Assembly: GCA_038496445.1 (NCBI GenBank)
Contig: JALMLS010000585.1
Span: forward strand, 124,001 to 188,000
Length of the DNA: 64,000 nucleotides
Reading direction: 5' to 3'
Source of the DNA: Trichosphaerium sp. ATCC 40318
Taxonomy: Eukaryota; Protista; Tubulinea
The stretch's first letter is position 1; each line of letters begins with the position of its first letter. The notes under the pieces are model-generated. The model was given only the letters and a program-made list of their open reading frames with translations, ran no database searches and was not told the DNA's origin. Positions 1-14,100 of this stretch are shown in pieces. Made by a program: the position numbers and the translations under genes.

Positions 1-1098
1 ATGAGAGGCTACCAACATTATCACCGTCACAATTGCAGCGATAATAGAGACAATGCAGATAGCCAAAAGTGAGTGGATTGACCTTTGTTTTATGCTAGTG
101 TCCTTTAGATTTGTTGTCCTAACGACCAAGTACACAAGAGCAGCTTCATAGCACATAGTTTTGGTTGAGCTATTGCGCAGGTGTAACCGTTTACGGGCTT
201 ATATTATGGGTTTGACAGGTTGCCTTATTCTGAATAAGTAAGGCCACTAATTACAACGTAACTGTGTTCAGATTTAGGTATAAGAGATGTAGAGGCGCTT
301 CTTTCTACAGCTTTTGTCTTTCAGTTAAACAGTTTGGGTGCATTCATCAATCAACCAATTGAGATAGTTAATACCAAAACAAACGCTCTTGTAAGTGAAC
401 TCTGGATTGACCAGTAGTTCGGGTAATTTTTTGAAGCGAAAATTTTTGTTTTCAGAGATAGTTTACTATAAAACTACAGCTTCAAACAAATACTTGGGTA
501 CAGTTTTGCAAATTGATGGTATTGTCAAGCATCGGAGCGGAAGAGATTTACAATATCCAATATGTAATGCTGAAAATGGGATGAATGGTAGCAACATGTA
601 CCCGGGTATTGTTCTCCGTAGCACATTTTGATAACAAAGTAGTTTACATTGTCGAGCTTGCTGAGAATACCCACCTCTGTACTTCACTTGTTTACCAACA
701 ATAGAGCGTAGAAGAATCATGGACTACAATGAGCCAAGTACATAGCATAGGATTGTTATGGAAACAATACGTTTTGCACCTATTTTCGGATAGGTTCCTA
801 CGGAAGATTGTGAAGTACCCATGTATCTGTCTATTACCAACTGAAAGACAACAAGTTAGGGTCCTTTTCAAATAAAGTAAGTACGTGCAAACATAGAAAA
901 GGGCTAAGAAGATCCTTACAATGAACCTGAGACCAGTCGGGTAGTAAGTTCTACTGACATCATTGACAAACTTGGTTTAGTACTTTTGCAAATTTTCCCC
1001 TTTGGAGATTTGACAGATTTGGCAGATCTTCTCGTTTGTCTTACAGAGCTCTCAAAACTAACGCTTTCGTTGGGTGCATAGTTCAGTCTACAATTCAT
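1..1098 (-). CDS. Partial, spliced putative membrane protein running off the left edge; possibly degraded
   Basis: Minus-strand ORF pieces 916-1098 and 466-720, plus a hydrophobic stretch near 1-110 (SIHSLLAICIVSIIAAIVTVIMLV). No family recognised. Confidence 0.3.
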
Positions 1099-2052
1099 TG
1101 AAGCATCAACAGATTTGCGATGCTAAAGAAAGGCGCAGTTACAACAATAAATAGTGATGTAGCAGTTTACACGCGGTGTTGATTGAAAGAAAGGTGGCAC
1201 AGCATTTCTAACAAAGGAGCGTATTAGAATTTTCCTTTAAGGGCTGTGATGGTCTCTGACTCATTGTAGTACTCTGAGGTATTGTAGCCACGTACAACAT
1301 TAAAATTCTGACCAAAACCAGCTTACCTGTTCGCGAAGCTCATTATCACGTGTAACCATACAGTAACATCGAAAGCATAACTAATCAAGCAAATCCTAGT
1401 GGCTGTGAGCCACGAAAAACAAAGCAAAGCGAGCCTTAAGCACCTTATTGTAATCCTAAGCGCGTGAATGAGTGGTGCCTCTGTTCCTTGAGGTTGCAAC
1501 TTTTTTGAAATATGTCAGGTTTCAGAAAAAACAGGGTGTTTGGACAAGAGTATAAAACTTGGAGTTTTCTAGGAGCCCACGATCACTTAAACCGTTTTGT
1601 TGCACTGGTACATAGGACTAAATCGTCCTACTAAAACTCATTTATGCTCTTGTACAAACTTTTATTTTTAGCTAGCATTTGCTTTGTAGGAATCTGTGGG
1701 CGTAAGGTATTCATTACAAAAGTTCTTAGCCTAAATAAAAATGTACCAGTTTTAAATGAAAGTCGACGTTACAAATCTCCCCTAACTTGTTATTTCACCC
1801 ATTCTCACATTTCTTGATTGAAACGGCAGTTTGCCCCGAAAAATAGTTTTCACACTTGCTTAACAATCGCACGTGATTTGCAGTATCGTCAAACGTAGCT
1901 TAAATAATCCACGAAGCGTTAAAAAACCATTGCATGGTTTTTAGTTTGGCATGAATAGACACGATCTTATTTAATGTACCCGAATGCCAGCACGACCAAA
2001 AACCCGACCTAACATTTTGTGGTCTTTAATTTAAAAGTCCAAAATACTCCCA

Positions 2053-4029
2053 ATGACAGCATCACGTGTCGCAATATTATTTACTCTACTCCTTGCCTGT
2101 AAGTAAAACCTCCCCTTCTTCACGTTTTTTTTACTAACCCAACAAAATGACAGTGTGTTATGCATTGAGCGTAAATGAGTGGGGACAGCTCACTGAAAAA
2201 GACTTGGAAACTGGCGAGCGGTTAGAGCAACCTCTGATCGCTACTGGTGAAATGACAGGTCACGGACAAACTATATGTATCGCAGCAACAATAGAGACTA
2301 TGGGTTCAGGAAAAGGAGCAGTTGTTTTTATTGGCAATCAAAAAAGTGCGTGGAGAAAAAGAGTGGACAAAAAAGCAGTTTAACGCATTGTGTTACACCT
2401 TGTTAGGTTTTGAAGATGGAACAGTTACTTCGTTCAGACTCACTGGAGACTCTATACCTTACAGTATTGCCTACGGAAATAATGAGTTTGCCATTGTACT
2501 CTACAATGATACTCTACGAGGTGAAATGAGGTTTATTACACCAGAAGGAAATGTTCGTGCAACTATTTGTTTGCCAAGTTTAACTAACCTACTTCACAGG
2601 GTTTTAATGTATCTGACGTATACAAGTATGATATATTACGTGTTGCTGGGTTTCAAGATACTGCTTTCACTTTTGATCAAGGTAACGCCATTTATTTTTA
2701 CTAAACAAAGCAGTTTGGTTTTTGTCTTTTGATTCAAGCTCTTGTGTCATCCGGATAGTACACGTGATAAATTAATTTGAAGTTTATTGCCGATATTAAA
2801 ATTACTTAATAAATTTTGAACGTAACAATGCCACTGTGTAACATCTCAGTGCCTATTTTAGTTCGATTGAAGCAAAAAAAAAGTTTAAGCTATATTTGAC
2901 TTATCTCTACTTAGCATCCAATTCATACATCCTCATTAATAGAGACAGAAGCAGTAGTATTATATCTCCCATTTACATTGATGCTGGTACAAAAGAGTTG
3001 TCTGTGGGCAGTAACAAAGGTATGTACATTGGTGACTAGAGTTTTTGTAACTCTCGCTTTAGTTGCTGAAGGTGGGCTGTTCACTACTTCGGCAGAAATA
3101 GGTGAAGATGGATGTCTCGTTACTGCTTTTCAAAAAAGGAATGTAGATATTGGTTTAATACGTATATCAGTGATAAAAGGAGCACAGACGGTAAGCAAGA
3201 ACAATTCTTGTTTGTATTAAGTTGATTATTAGTTTCTTTATGAACACCTTCTTGTAAATGATAGTAACATGTACGATGAAGCTACAGATATGGCGTATGA
3301 TCCAGTTTCAAACCAGTTTGCGTTGTTATACGTAACTGCGATTGATTCTGATCCTAATCAACTACCACCAATGCCTACATTGACAATACACGTGATCCAA
3401 TTTTCAGTAAAATGTGAGGCCAATGCTCAAGTTCAAGTTATTGGAGATACTGCAAATATTACAACAATAGCTAATAGAAGAGAGTTATCTTATGCTATTC
3501 GACAATCCCAACTAGCGAAAAGTGCATTTCTAGCAACATATTCAGATGCTGTATCAACGTACATGCTTGATATATCTTCGTCAAATGATGTAAACAAAGT
3601 AAAACTACCTGACAATGCAGCCAAGATTCCCAATAATGTCGATATTGCTTGGTTGCAAACACCTTCTTGTGGATTAGCTGTGGTACGTTTCTCCATCTAT
3701 ATCATTTAACGGAATGGTTCAAAATAATTACACAATTATGTATCCACGCATTGAGGCAAAGACTAATGTCTTGGTTTTAGGTTGTTGCTGAAACAGATAG
3801 TGATACATCACTTATATTGGTTGATGAAACCCTAAACCTTTTTAATTGTTCTGATGCTCAAACTAGTGCACCTACAATGATGCCAGCATCGCCAACAGCG
3901 TCAGGTAATGGAACAACACCACCATCGACAACAACATCACCAAGTACTGGAAATACACCAAGCGACTCTATGCGCATCACGTGGTATGCTCTAAGTCTCT
4001 TTGTATTACTCATCAGTCTTTGTACTTGA
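2053..4029 (+). CDS. Secreted, probably GPI-anchored surface protein (multi-exon)
   Basis: Signal-peptide-like MTASRVAILFTLLLA at 2053, several GT-AG introns, a Ser/Thr/Pro-rich stalk and a hydrophobic C-terminus (ITWYALSLFVLLISLCT*) ending at 4029. Confidence 0.6.
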
Positions 4030-4375
4030 TGTCTTTGTGATACCTTGTAATACCTTTGAATACTGACATTACACCGAATAAACAACCCTTGCACTTTCAG
4101 TCACAACGCACTTTGCTCTGCACCGAATACACATTCACCTTTCATTGAGTTATTTAAACCAACACCGACACTATGTCATTAGAACACGTAAAAGTTGCGC
4201 CTGTTCTTGAAGTAGGACAATAATGGCCCCTTGAGCTGGTCCACATTTACAAATGGAACAAGCTAATCTATGAACCTTCACACAACTCGAGGGCACCACG
4301 TGCTATGGATTCAATTGTTGTAGAAAAAAGTTGCGTTCTCAAATCCTAAAGCGAACAAAGGTATACAATAGGTAT

Positions 4376-4932
4376 TTAATTTACAAGAGATTCATCTAGG
4401 TTACAGTCTATTACATGCTCATCGCTTGGTGGAGGAGATAAACTACAAATATCAAGCAACCCATCAGATTCTCTTAGCGTTGGTGATTTTACCTTTGTTG
4501 CGCGTAGTTTACCCTTCCAGAATAGTAAAGATTGTATTGATGCTTCCATTTTGTCCAAATCCGCTAATGCTGCTTGAAATTCTTTAACGAGACTTTTACG
4601 CTTTTGACGTAGTTTAGGTGATGCTATAGCATCCAGTCGTTCCATTAATCCGACCAATGTGTTGTCTATAGCCATTCTTTGTTTAACGGCAACTTGTAAT
4701 GTTTCGTTTGTTACACTTGTGATAGTTAATGTCCCTTGAAGCGCTTGAGCTTGTTTCTTTTGGCGTAAGAACTCAACGCGTATCATTTCTAATTTTCGCT
4801 CCTCTGGAGCGTGCTTTCGCAAGCATAGGCGACATACTGGTACTGGAGTAGCGTAATCGAACTGTGGGATAGAAATTTGCTCTGGAGCGATACAATCTTT
4901 ACAAAAATACCTTCCACATCCTCTACATCCAT
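4376..4932 (-). CDS. BAG-domain co-chaperone-like protein
   Basis: LVGLMERLDAIASPKLRQKRKSLVKEFQAALADLD matches the BAG pattern L..LD.I....R..RK.LV...Q..L..LD. The 5' end is uncertain (frame change near 4820). Confidence 0.6.
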
Positions 4933-5298
4933 GCTAAAGCGTTGTAAAACAATGAGTTTACCGTTGAATTCAAAAAACCCGTACTGTAGCTTCAAAAATA
5001 CCAAAGACGTGCTTACACTTATAACAGTCTTCAGAGACTACTATAGTAGGCCTTCGTTGCATAAACGAGCTATTTATGAGGTCTTAGTCTAACACTTTTT
5101 GAATTTGTTTGAAATTGACTGATTTGTCCTCTTTTGGTCGCCAGTATTACAGAAAACTCGCAAAAAATTGTCTTTGTTTCCAAAATCTTTCAGGTGTTCA
5201 CAACGCTCTTGTTTCGTGAAAAACAAGATAAACAAAGACAGAAAATACTAACTTTTTTTTAGACAACTCACGCTGGCGTTTTTACTTTTCTTGATTTG

Positions 5299-7754
5299 CT
5301 ACAAACTATAGTTCCATGGTATATCAAGAAGACCATCTTTATCAGCAACAGCAAACTCTGGAGCAATACGAATACGTAAACCTTCAATAAAAGGGAAAAG
5401 GCTTCCACCATGATTCAATAAATTCATCAAACAAACACCTTGTTGTCCCCAAGAAACCATATCATCAAAAGTTAATCCAGGTAGACGATAAACACGTACA
5501 ACCTTTAATCTAAGGTTTTCTATATCTTTCTGCATCTTTGATAGATTTTCATGCTGTTTAAGCAACCCAGGACCTTTTTCTTTAAGTACTCTAACCAAAA
5601 CAGATGGATCTGTGTCAAGAGGAACGTGAAGGACACCATCTATAGGTTCTGTAGAGAAAGCTTTTATACTACTTTTGTTTGTATCTATTACCCTCATTTT
5701 TATATTTGATAGTTCTTCTAGAACCCATTCTGGGTGTTTTTGTGTTGATCTGTCCAAATGAGTTAAAAAGTCTTTATATTCTGGTGTATTCGCAATATCA
5801 AAATCTGTGAAAAAATATCCAAGTCCCATCTTCTTTGCTACGTCCATTTCTTGTTTGAACCTAACAATAATAAGTAAAAAAATAGTGGTATATTTCTAAT
5901 AAAACATAAAAGAACAAAGAGGTAGAAGAAACTTGTTGAAGAGTTCAATTTGTTTGATCGTTTACCTGATTGATTCTCCTTTTTTGATGTTTGCTATGAT
6001 TGACGGAGTAAAATTACATAACATCTTTGTCCAATCTTCAATAGTGCCATTATACTTTAATGTTAAACGCCCTATCTTATCAATACCATAATGACCACCA
6101 AATACAATGGCCTATAACACGAAATAAATAAGAAAAAAATAAGAATGCCTAGCCGTGAAAAACAATCAATAAACGATTAGCAGACAGCTCACAAAAATAA
6201 TCTGTAAAACTCTATCTTCTTATGTATAGCTTGGATAGAACGAAAACATGCAAAACAACACATATAGACATGTAACAAACGTACCAGCATCGCTAATTTT
6301 GTAGTATCTTTACCTTCATCTTTAAGCTTTGTGATAAGCTCATCAAGTCTTTTTATTAGGTCAAACCTGAATATTGAGTCTTCTAGTGGGGTTTGCTTGA
6401 ACCCAAGCAAATGATGATACTCAAATACAGGTCTCACTTTATGATGTTGCCAAAGAACTGAACAATATAATCAACATGTAAACAAATACACAAGTGGAAT
6501 AAAACAGACGTTATGAGAAACTTACACACTCTAGATATGTTGTATTCCCTCTCCTTGTCTTTACACTTATTGGCACGTTCTCTAGCATCTTGACCATACA
6601 TTTGAAGGAAAGAGAGTAATGTATCTGGCCTACAATAACGATTAACAAAATCGAGAAAAAAAGCGAGATTCGAAGAGAGACGCACTTTTCAACTAGTTGA
6701 TTGTTGCTATCCAATATTTCAGTCTTAACACGTGTGTAGTCGTGTACCAATACGTCATCTACGTCCATATGACAAGAACTATAATATTCATTAAGCACAA
6801 AGACGCAAAGTCATCAAAGAAAGAACGGTTTTTTAAAAAAAAACAAACCTGAACAACATTAGCATTGTTGACTTTAGATAATCTTCAGTTTGGTCGGATG
6901 TACTCTGAAAATGTTTTCCATCAATTAATAAATCTACTTTATCATCTACAAAAATAAACCATGTGTCAAAATGTCAAAAATCTTTGCATTTTCAATGAAA
7001 AAAACCCCCGAAAAGTTTGATTTTTCTCTCTGCTCGCTGACACTTTAGAGGTACTTAGACTATGCTAGTTAATTCTCTTCACCAACTAGAAGCGTGTGGA
7101 ATAGATGAGGTATCGTAAAAGCGAGGTAGGACATAAATGATGGCAAAAAAAGCGGTTATTTTTACCTTCTTGTTCGAGATAAAATGTAAGCACATACGAA
7201 CTTCTAGGCTGCCTCATACGTTCTGCGGTAATTGCTTATATAAGTTAACCCTCAATAGGCTTCTAAGAGATGTTTTTGGTTCGTTTTAAACAACGTACAA
7301 GTCGGTTTGAACTCTTCCAAAAAACACATTAATTTTTGGAAAGAATATTCGTTGACACGCTATTTGACGTCATAAACAATCGAAGTACGAAGTTTTAAAG
7401 GGTTTGCACCTTTTTCGTTGGATCTTTCATTTTATCCGGTTGAATCTTACGGTAGAAGTTCCGCAACACTGTTGTCAGTGCCTCTGGCTGTTTTTTATAA
7501 CCATACAATCGTATTTGTTTGCGCTTAGTATTTAAATCAGCTAAACGATATAAATATCATTGTGGTACGTACTGTATGCTTTTTTGTTCTGTTTGGCGCA
7601 CGATTGGACAAACTCAATCGTAAATTACAGTATCGCGCTTGCGAAACTACTCGACTGCGTAACATCACAGACTCGCGACTTTGGTGAGTTAACAATCAAA
7701 TTACTATATTACGACTGACAATGACTTACGTGAAGAACTGTCATCTAGAAACAT
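5299..7754 (-). CDS. TCAIM-like (DUF4460/DUF4461-type) protein, multi-exon
   Basis: The N-terminal exon TVLRNFYRKIQPDK...VNEYSFQKL resembles the TCAIM LR.FY..VHPD...VNE.S...L motif, and the C-terminus GLLDIPWNY resembles the TCAIM G...IPW motif. The start codon is uncertain. Confidence 0.6.
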
Positions 7755-8120
7755 GCGCAAACTGTCAAAGAGCTTTGAGGAGTATCCTTGCAAACAGTCA
7801 AGGTATGCACACGTGACAAAATGAGGCACTTTTTCTTTTGTGAGCCGATACTAACTAGTTCCGTTTTCCACTTTTATTACTCGTCGGCTTGTTCTTAGAG
7901 GACAACCATTATTTATAATTTAATACTAACAAAACCCAGTAGACATTACAATACAATTTTACTGTACACAGATAATTATTTACATCTCCAAAATAAAAAA
8001 TAAGAAACAGAAAAAAATAAGACAAAATGTTTGTTCTTTCATCTTATCTTATTTTTTCCCTCTCGTTTGTATCTTTCTTTCCTTTCTCAAAGGAATACGA
8101 AAGTTTTTTTTTGTTTTTTT

Positions 8121-11100
8121 TTATAATCCGTCATCTATTGAAGCTAAGAACTCTTGTAACAGATCCAAAGCATCACCAAGCCACATACGATCATCAGGGT
8201 CTTTTAACCAACACTGTTGCATCATCTGAGATAGAGCAGGAGGACAAGATCGTGGGATCGTTGGGCGTAAGTGTTCATCAATGATAGCTGTTTTAATTTC
8301 CTAAACCAAGATTTAATACAACACTACACAATAAGAAGAAAAAAAAAGTAACCAACTTTCAACGCAGTCAAAAAAACTCAAAAAAGTTTTTCCGTGAGAT
8401 TATGTCTCTTATAGGTACCTGTAGCTTCCATTCTGAGAAAGTAGCAATATTCCCATTGACCTCCCAACCGCTTTGTTCAAGTTTTTTAACAAATTCTTTG
8501 TCATTAACCTGAGTATCGTTGAGTGTTTCCTCACGATGTGCTGTATATTGTTTAAACTCCTCAAAAGGATGTTCACGAGCTATAATCTCCCATATAAGAA
8601 TACCAAGACTATAGATATCAGACTTATGATCATATCGTGTCCCTTCTGAGTCATCTAATATTTCTGGAGCCAAACATTGGAAAGTTTTGAGAGCTTCATT
8701 CAACGACAGAGTAGTGAACTTAAAAAAAAAGAGTCAGTCTACAAAAACTCAAGATCGCTTTAAAATTACCTGAGCAAGACCGAAATCGCCTAACTTAGCC
8801 AGGATATCTGCATCAGCAGATAAAGAGTTGATCTACAAGAGTAATAAGTTTCAGTTTTTCAAATGACTGCTTTTTTGTAGAGTGACGTACAAATACATTT
8901 GGACTACGTAAATCGCGGTGTACGATAGGTGGTTGCATTGTTTGTAGGTAATTTAATCCTTTTACAACATCTATTATTATACGTGTACGTACACGCCAAG
9001 AAAACTGTGAATCTGATAGATTTTTATCGTGAATATGGTGGTAGAGTGATTCATTTGGTATAAACTCAAGAACCATTGAAAGAGGGTTCAAAGAGATACC
9101 AAAAATATTAACCAAATTAGGGTGGTTAAGTCGGCTTTAAGGAGGAGTAAAGTCAGCAAAAAACAAATACAATTAACGAAAAAAGTTGGGCGAAAAACAC
9201 AAACGCACCTCATGATGTATACTTCATGCGCAAATTCAATAAAAACTTGGCTACTAACGTCGCCTTTAAGTTCCTAAAATAAAAGCGTTAACATTGATTT
9301 CTATTAAATCTTAACATTCTTCTTTACATACCTTAATAGCGACAGTCTTAGAGCCGTCCATTACGCCTTTGTAAACAACTAAAAAAAGTGAGTACAAAGT
9401 TTGTTTAGTTTTCATTGCGAAAACAACCACTTACCTCCAAAACCACCTTCACCAATACACTCTTTACACTCCAATTGCTCAATAAGTGGTAAATGTACAA
9501 AAGCAATATCAGGAGCGAGTTCCTAAAACAAAGTCAGAAAAGACGTCCAAAAAACGAGAAGGTGAAAAGGAATCAAGTCAAAAAAAATCAATTGTGGCGG
9601 AATATTACCTCAATAGAAATACTTCTATCACCAAGTGACATAACCAATTGACCATTAGTAAAAGCTTTGATTGTCTCTTCAAACGTAAAAGTAAATGATT
9701 GTGGCTCTCCATCTGCATCGGTTAAAGTAACACCAAGGTTTCTAGTTACTTTATCATTCATACTTGCGTAAAAGCTAAGTATAAGAGCATCAATAGCTTC
9801 AATTGCTCTAGCTAGTAAACCCAAATTTCCTTCAATCTCACAGTCATGAGGTGTATGTATTGTTAAAGCAAGCCTGTCTGATGAATACAACAAGTATCCA
9901 GTCTCATGACCTAGCTTGAATAACATTCCTTTTGCCCATACTTGTTCATAAGCTAAACCAGAAATTTGCATAAAACGAACAGTCAACCGTGAGAAAAAGC
10001 CACGTGGTAGAAAGTCGAATTTGTATTCTCTAGAAAACCGTGTAACTGTTGGTTGTAAGCTCTGACGGAACGGAACAAATGAGTCATCAAGTAGATCAGG
10101 GTTATCTCTAAGAAGACAAGGTATAACACTCTTCTTAGAACCTAAACAATTAGAGTAAGTACAATACGTTCAATAGGTTCATTTAACAAGAAGACAATAT
10201 AATTACCTCTGATAGGAAACATAACCTCGAATAATTCAAGTAGAGATATCAAACTGGCGTGTAAATCAATTGGATACTGCTTCCAAATATGTGGTAGCAT
10301 TTGATGATCTAGTACACCATTTTCAATTGAAATTGAGAAACTGACAAGACTTGACATAACATTTGCGAGCCATTGAGGGTCAAGAACAACAAGGTCCCTT
10401 AGTTTAGGCTAAACAACAGATATTAACTTCTGTAGTATACCAAATAACAGGTAATCTACATACCTTGTTAAACCAAAGAAGGCTTCCAACATCATGTAAA
10501 AATTCAGCCATTGGTACAACCGACTTTGCATCAGCACCACAAAGAGCGCATTGCTTCTCAAAGTCACTCCACTTCATAAAATGAACTCCTTTACGTCGTA
10601 GATTCTCAACAACAGTATCTACTTTCTAAAAAGTTGAGTTAGGACAGAAGAACCTAGCACATCGATGTTTTACTGTAAAAAAGTCCTGTTCTGACAATAA
10701 CGTACCAAGTAAAATACAGGCACTTGTGCTTTGAGTACATCTTGTTTAAGAGCAACTTCTTTGAGCGCTCGCCGTATATTACTTATACCATGACCAGTTT
10801 TTGGGGAGCAAAACGCAAATTCACGGATATTTGGATAAGTCCTTTTTAATCGATTAATTTTCTTTGTTACTTTCTCCAAATGCTCTGAAGTACATCTAGG
10901 ATCATCCTAAAAAATTAACAAAGTCAATACAAAATATTACAAGACAGAAAATCACAAAAATAACGAAAGAAAGTTCTTGGTTTTTCTACACCAAAACACG
11001 TACCCTATGAGTTCCTACTAGCACTATAGGTGATAGCATATCTAGCAATTTTACAGTTTTAAGCCAATACTCAAGTCTAGAACTCTTTTCATCCATGACA

Positions 11101-14100
11101 TTAAAAACAAGCATGTAAATACTCCGTTTTGTCAAAAAGAACTGATGAGAAGGATAGAAAATCTATAGTTTCATTAGAACAAAGCCCAGTAATTAACTCA
11201 GAAGTTGACTATAAAGCGTACCTCCTGACCACCAAAGTCAAGTACAAGGAAGTAATGCATTTTAGAAAGAGGAATACTTGAGAACAAAGGTAAGTAAATA
11301 AAACAAGACAAAATAATTTTGCAACATACCGACCCATGTCAATTCCATCTGTTGACATATTCTTTGGATATTTTTCTTTCTGTAGTCTACGTATCAAATG
11401 TGTCTTACCAACATTCTCTTGACCAAGTACTAATAGTTTGACACGTCTCCAACCGTCTGTACCAGACTCTGTGTTTCGAAGATATTGAAGCAACTTAGGC
11501 GTTTTCTAATTTTTTCTTTAATTTTTCTTTCTCTTGTAGTGCCAAAGCGTACCTTCATTAATATTTCCCGCGGAATAGTTTGTAATGGGTTATTCGCTAC
11601 TAATAGTTTTTCAAGATCAGAAAATCTACCAAGAACGGGAGGTAACCTAGAAGGAAAAGTCAATTTTTTTAAAACGTGACAGATTTGATTTTAAGTTTCT
11701 GTCAACTCCACAACTCACCGTTGAAGATTGTTATTCATCAAGTTGAAGAACTTTAAATATCGTAATAATAAAGCCCATTCAGGCACTTCATCCAACTTCA
11801 GATCTGATAAATCAAGTGTTTTGATATCATCAATGTGACTACCAGCTTCAAGGAGCAAAGGAACCAATTCTTGTTTCTTTTTGTAATCATCTTTGATGTT
11901 CGCAATAATTATACCAAGAGGTGTCAACCCACGTGTATTTTTAGTGTATACATCCACGTTGTCATACGTAAGTAAGAACCTTACAACATTACTTTGAACC
12001 TCATAGCAAGCTAGATAAACAATCAGTAACGTCATTCAAGGTACCAAAGCGAAAAGAAAAAAGATAACATACCATGATGAAGAGCTGTGTTTTTGTATTT
12101 ATCTTTAGCTGTAATATATGCTCCTTCATTTATGAGGTGTTGCACGATCTATAAAATCATTAAATTAGATGTGCTCAACAAGAAATTTAGTCACCTCTAA
12201 ATGACCTCCATGAGCAGCAGCTATAAGCGCTGATTCTTTATTTGGCCCTTGATCAATAGGAACATGTTGTTCAAGTAATATCTAAAACAAATAAAATGAG
12301 GTTTGTTGTGGCACCATAAAGTAATCCATACCCGTGCAATGTCTAGGTAACCTTTCGAACAAGCCATATACATAGGTGTCATACCCGTGGCAAGTTGCCC
12401 ATGGACTGCATCTGGCCTTAATCGCAACAAGCTCTTAAAAATAGAGTGATCTTCACCAATATTTTCTAAAACAGCCACAAATGATTCAGTTGCATTTCCT
12501 TCACTCCATAATAAAAAGAGACGAAGGACGTCAAGTCTGTTGTTCCTTGCAGCATTTACAGAGGCAACCCACAAAGGTGTCAACCCAGTTGGTCTAAAAA
12601 GTCAATTACGAGCTTCAACCATTAAAAAGAAAAACGAACTTACCCTGCTCTGTTTGGATCATCTCCGTATTTAATCAGCGTAGCAGCCATTCGTATATTT
12701 ATATTCTCAGCACTACATACACGAAACAATGGAGAATCACTTCCACCAGTAATGGATGGTGCATGAAACTCCAATAGAGCAATAGCTTCCTTTACTTTGT
12801 TTTGCTCAATGTAGTCCATAAAAAGACGTGCTAGCGGATAGTTAGCGAAACAAAAAGAAGACAACGTTCAACCACATACGTCCTTCGCTAAAATGATGTT
12901 TAGCTCTTTCAAAAAAATTGAGCCAAGAGTCTCTCATCTTAACTTTATCTATTGGTACATAAAAGATATAACGTGGTGAAACCGAGCCTAAATTGAAAAG
13001 TGTTAGTATTTTGTTTTAAACAAACTGTACAATTTGTACCATTCTTTGTTACGCTAATACCTACTGATCGATCATTCAAGTTATACACCAAGCACTCTAA
13101 ATTAACAGTTAGAATTTTAAATCTCATGAGAGACTCAAAAAAAGAAAAGAAGTGTTGCAAAAAAAGTACCAGTCGATTCAAGTTTTCCAAAACAATAGTC
13201 GCTTATCATAAGTGCGCGGACAAATCTAAGAGAATCAACACCTCCTTCTCTACCAGGTACTTTTTCAGTAATAAGTATCATGTCATTCGTTAAATACAAC
13301 CAACGTTCCTAAAAGAAAAATGAATAACTGAAATCATATCATCCAACTAGTAAAAAACGTACAGCCATATTACCAGACCTAACGCTTAACTCACTCCAAC
13401 CTGACTCGTAAGTATGCCTTCTACCACGCTTGACTAAACGTGTTTTCTACGAGCATTAGTTGTTATTTATAGATTGTTTTCTTGACATACTTCAGGAATA
13501 CTTGCAATTTTATCTTGTATTGCAAAAATCTTGTACATATTTTGTGCAGCACGTAATGAAGGTCCAGCATACGTCATCATATGATCAAACGCTTGCAAAA
13601 ACTTTTTTGTAGCAGCATGATCAGCATGATTTGTAGGTGTTGATCTTCTAAGAGTCTACAACACAAATTAGTATGTAGGAATAGAATAAAATAATTTAAA
13701 AAAAACTGACACATTCAGCTTTCGCGATAGAACTTACTCTGATAATATTATGCTGTTCCTTGATGTCATCAACTATTAATTTAAGAACACATAATCCAGA
13801 AACCCAATATTGTCCAATATCGGAATCTGCGCGTAAAAGACGCTCATAAACCTCTAGAGCATACGGATAATTATGTAAGTATCGGTAAACAATACTCAAA
13901 TACTCAGGACCCTATTTCATAAAGTAAATATCTTCATGGCTTATAAAAAACAACTAGATACGCACAGAAGTAACAAGAATGCTTCCAACCTTTGCTGAAA
14001 AAGGATCTTGTTTAACAACATCAAGGTCACTAGACAGCTAATATGCCGAAAATTGTTAATCCCTATTGAAAAATTCTTTTTCTTGTACCTTTGTCAGTGC

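Noticed and set aside
1340-2070. CACGTG E-box-like motifs upstream of several genes
   Set aside because: The motif is also frequent in introns and LTRs, so a regulatory role cannot be supported without enrichment statistics.
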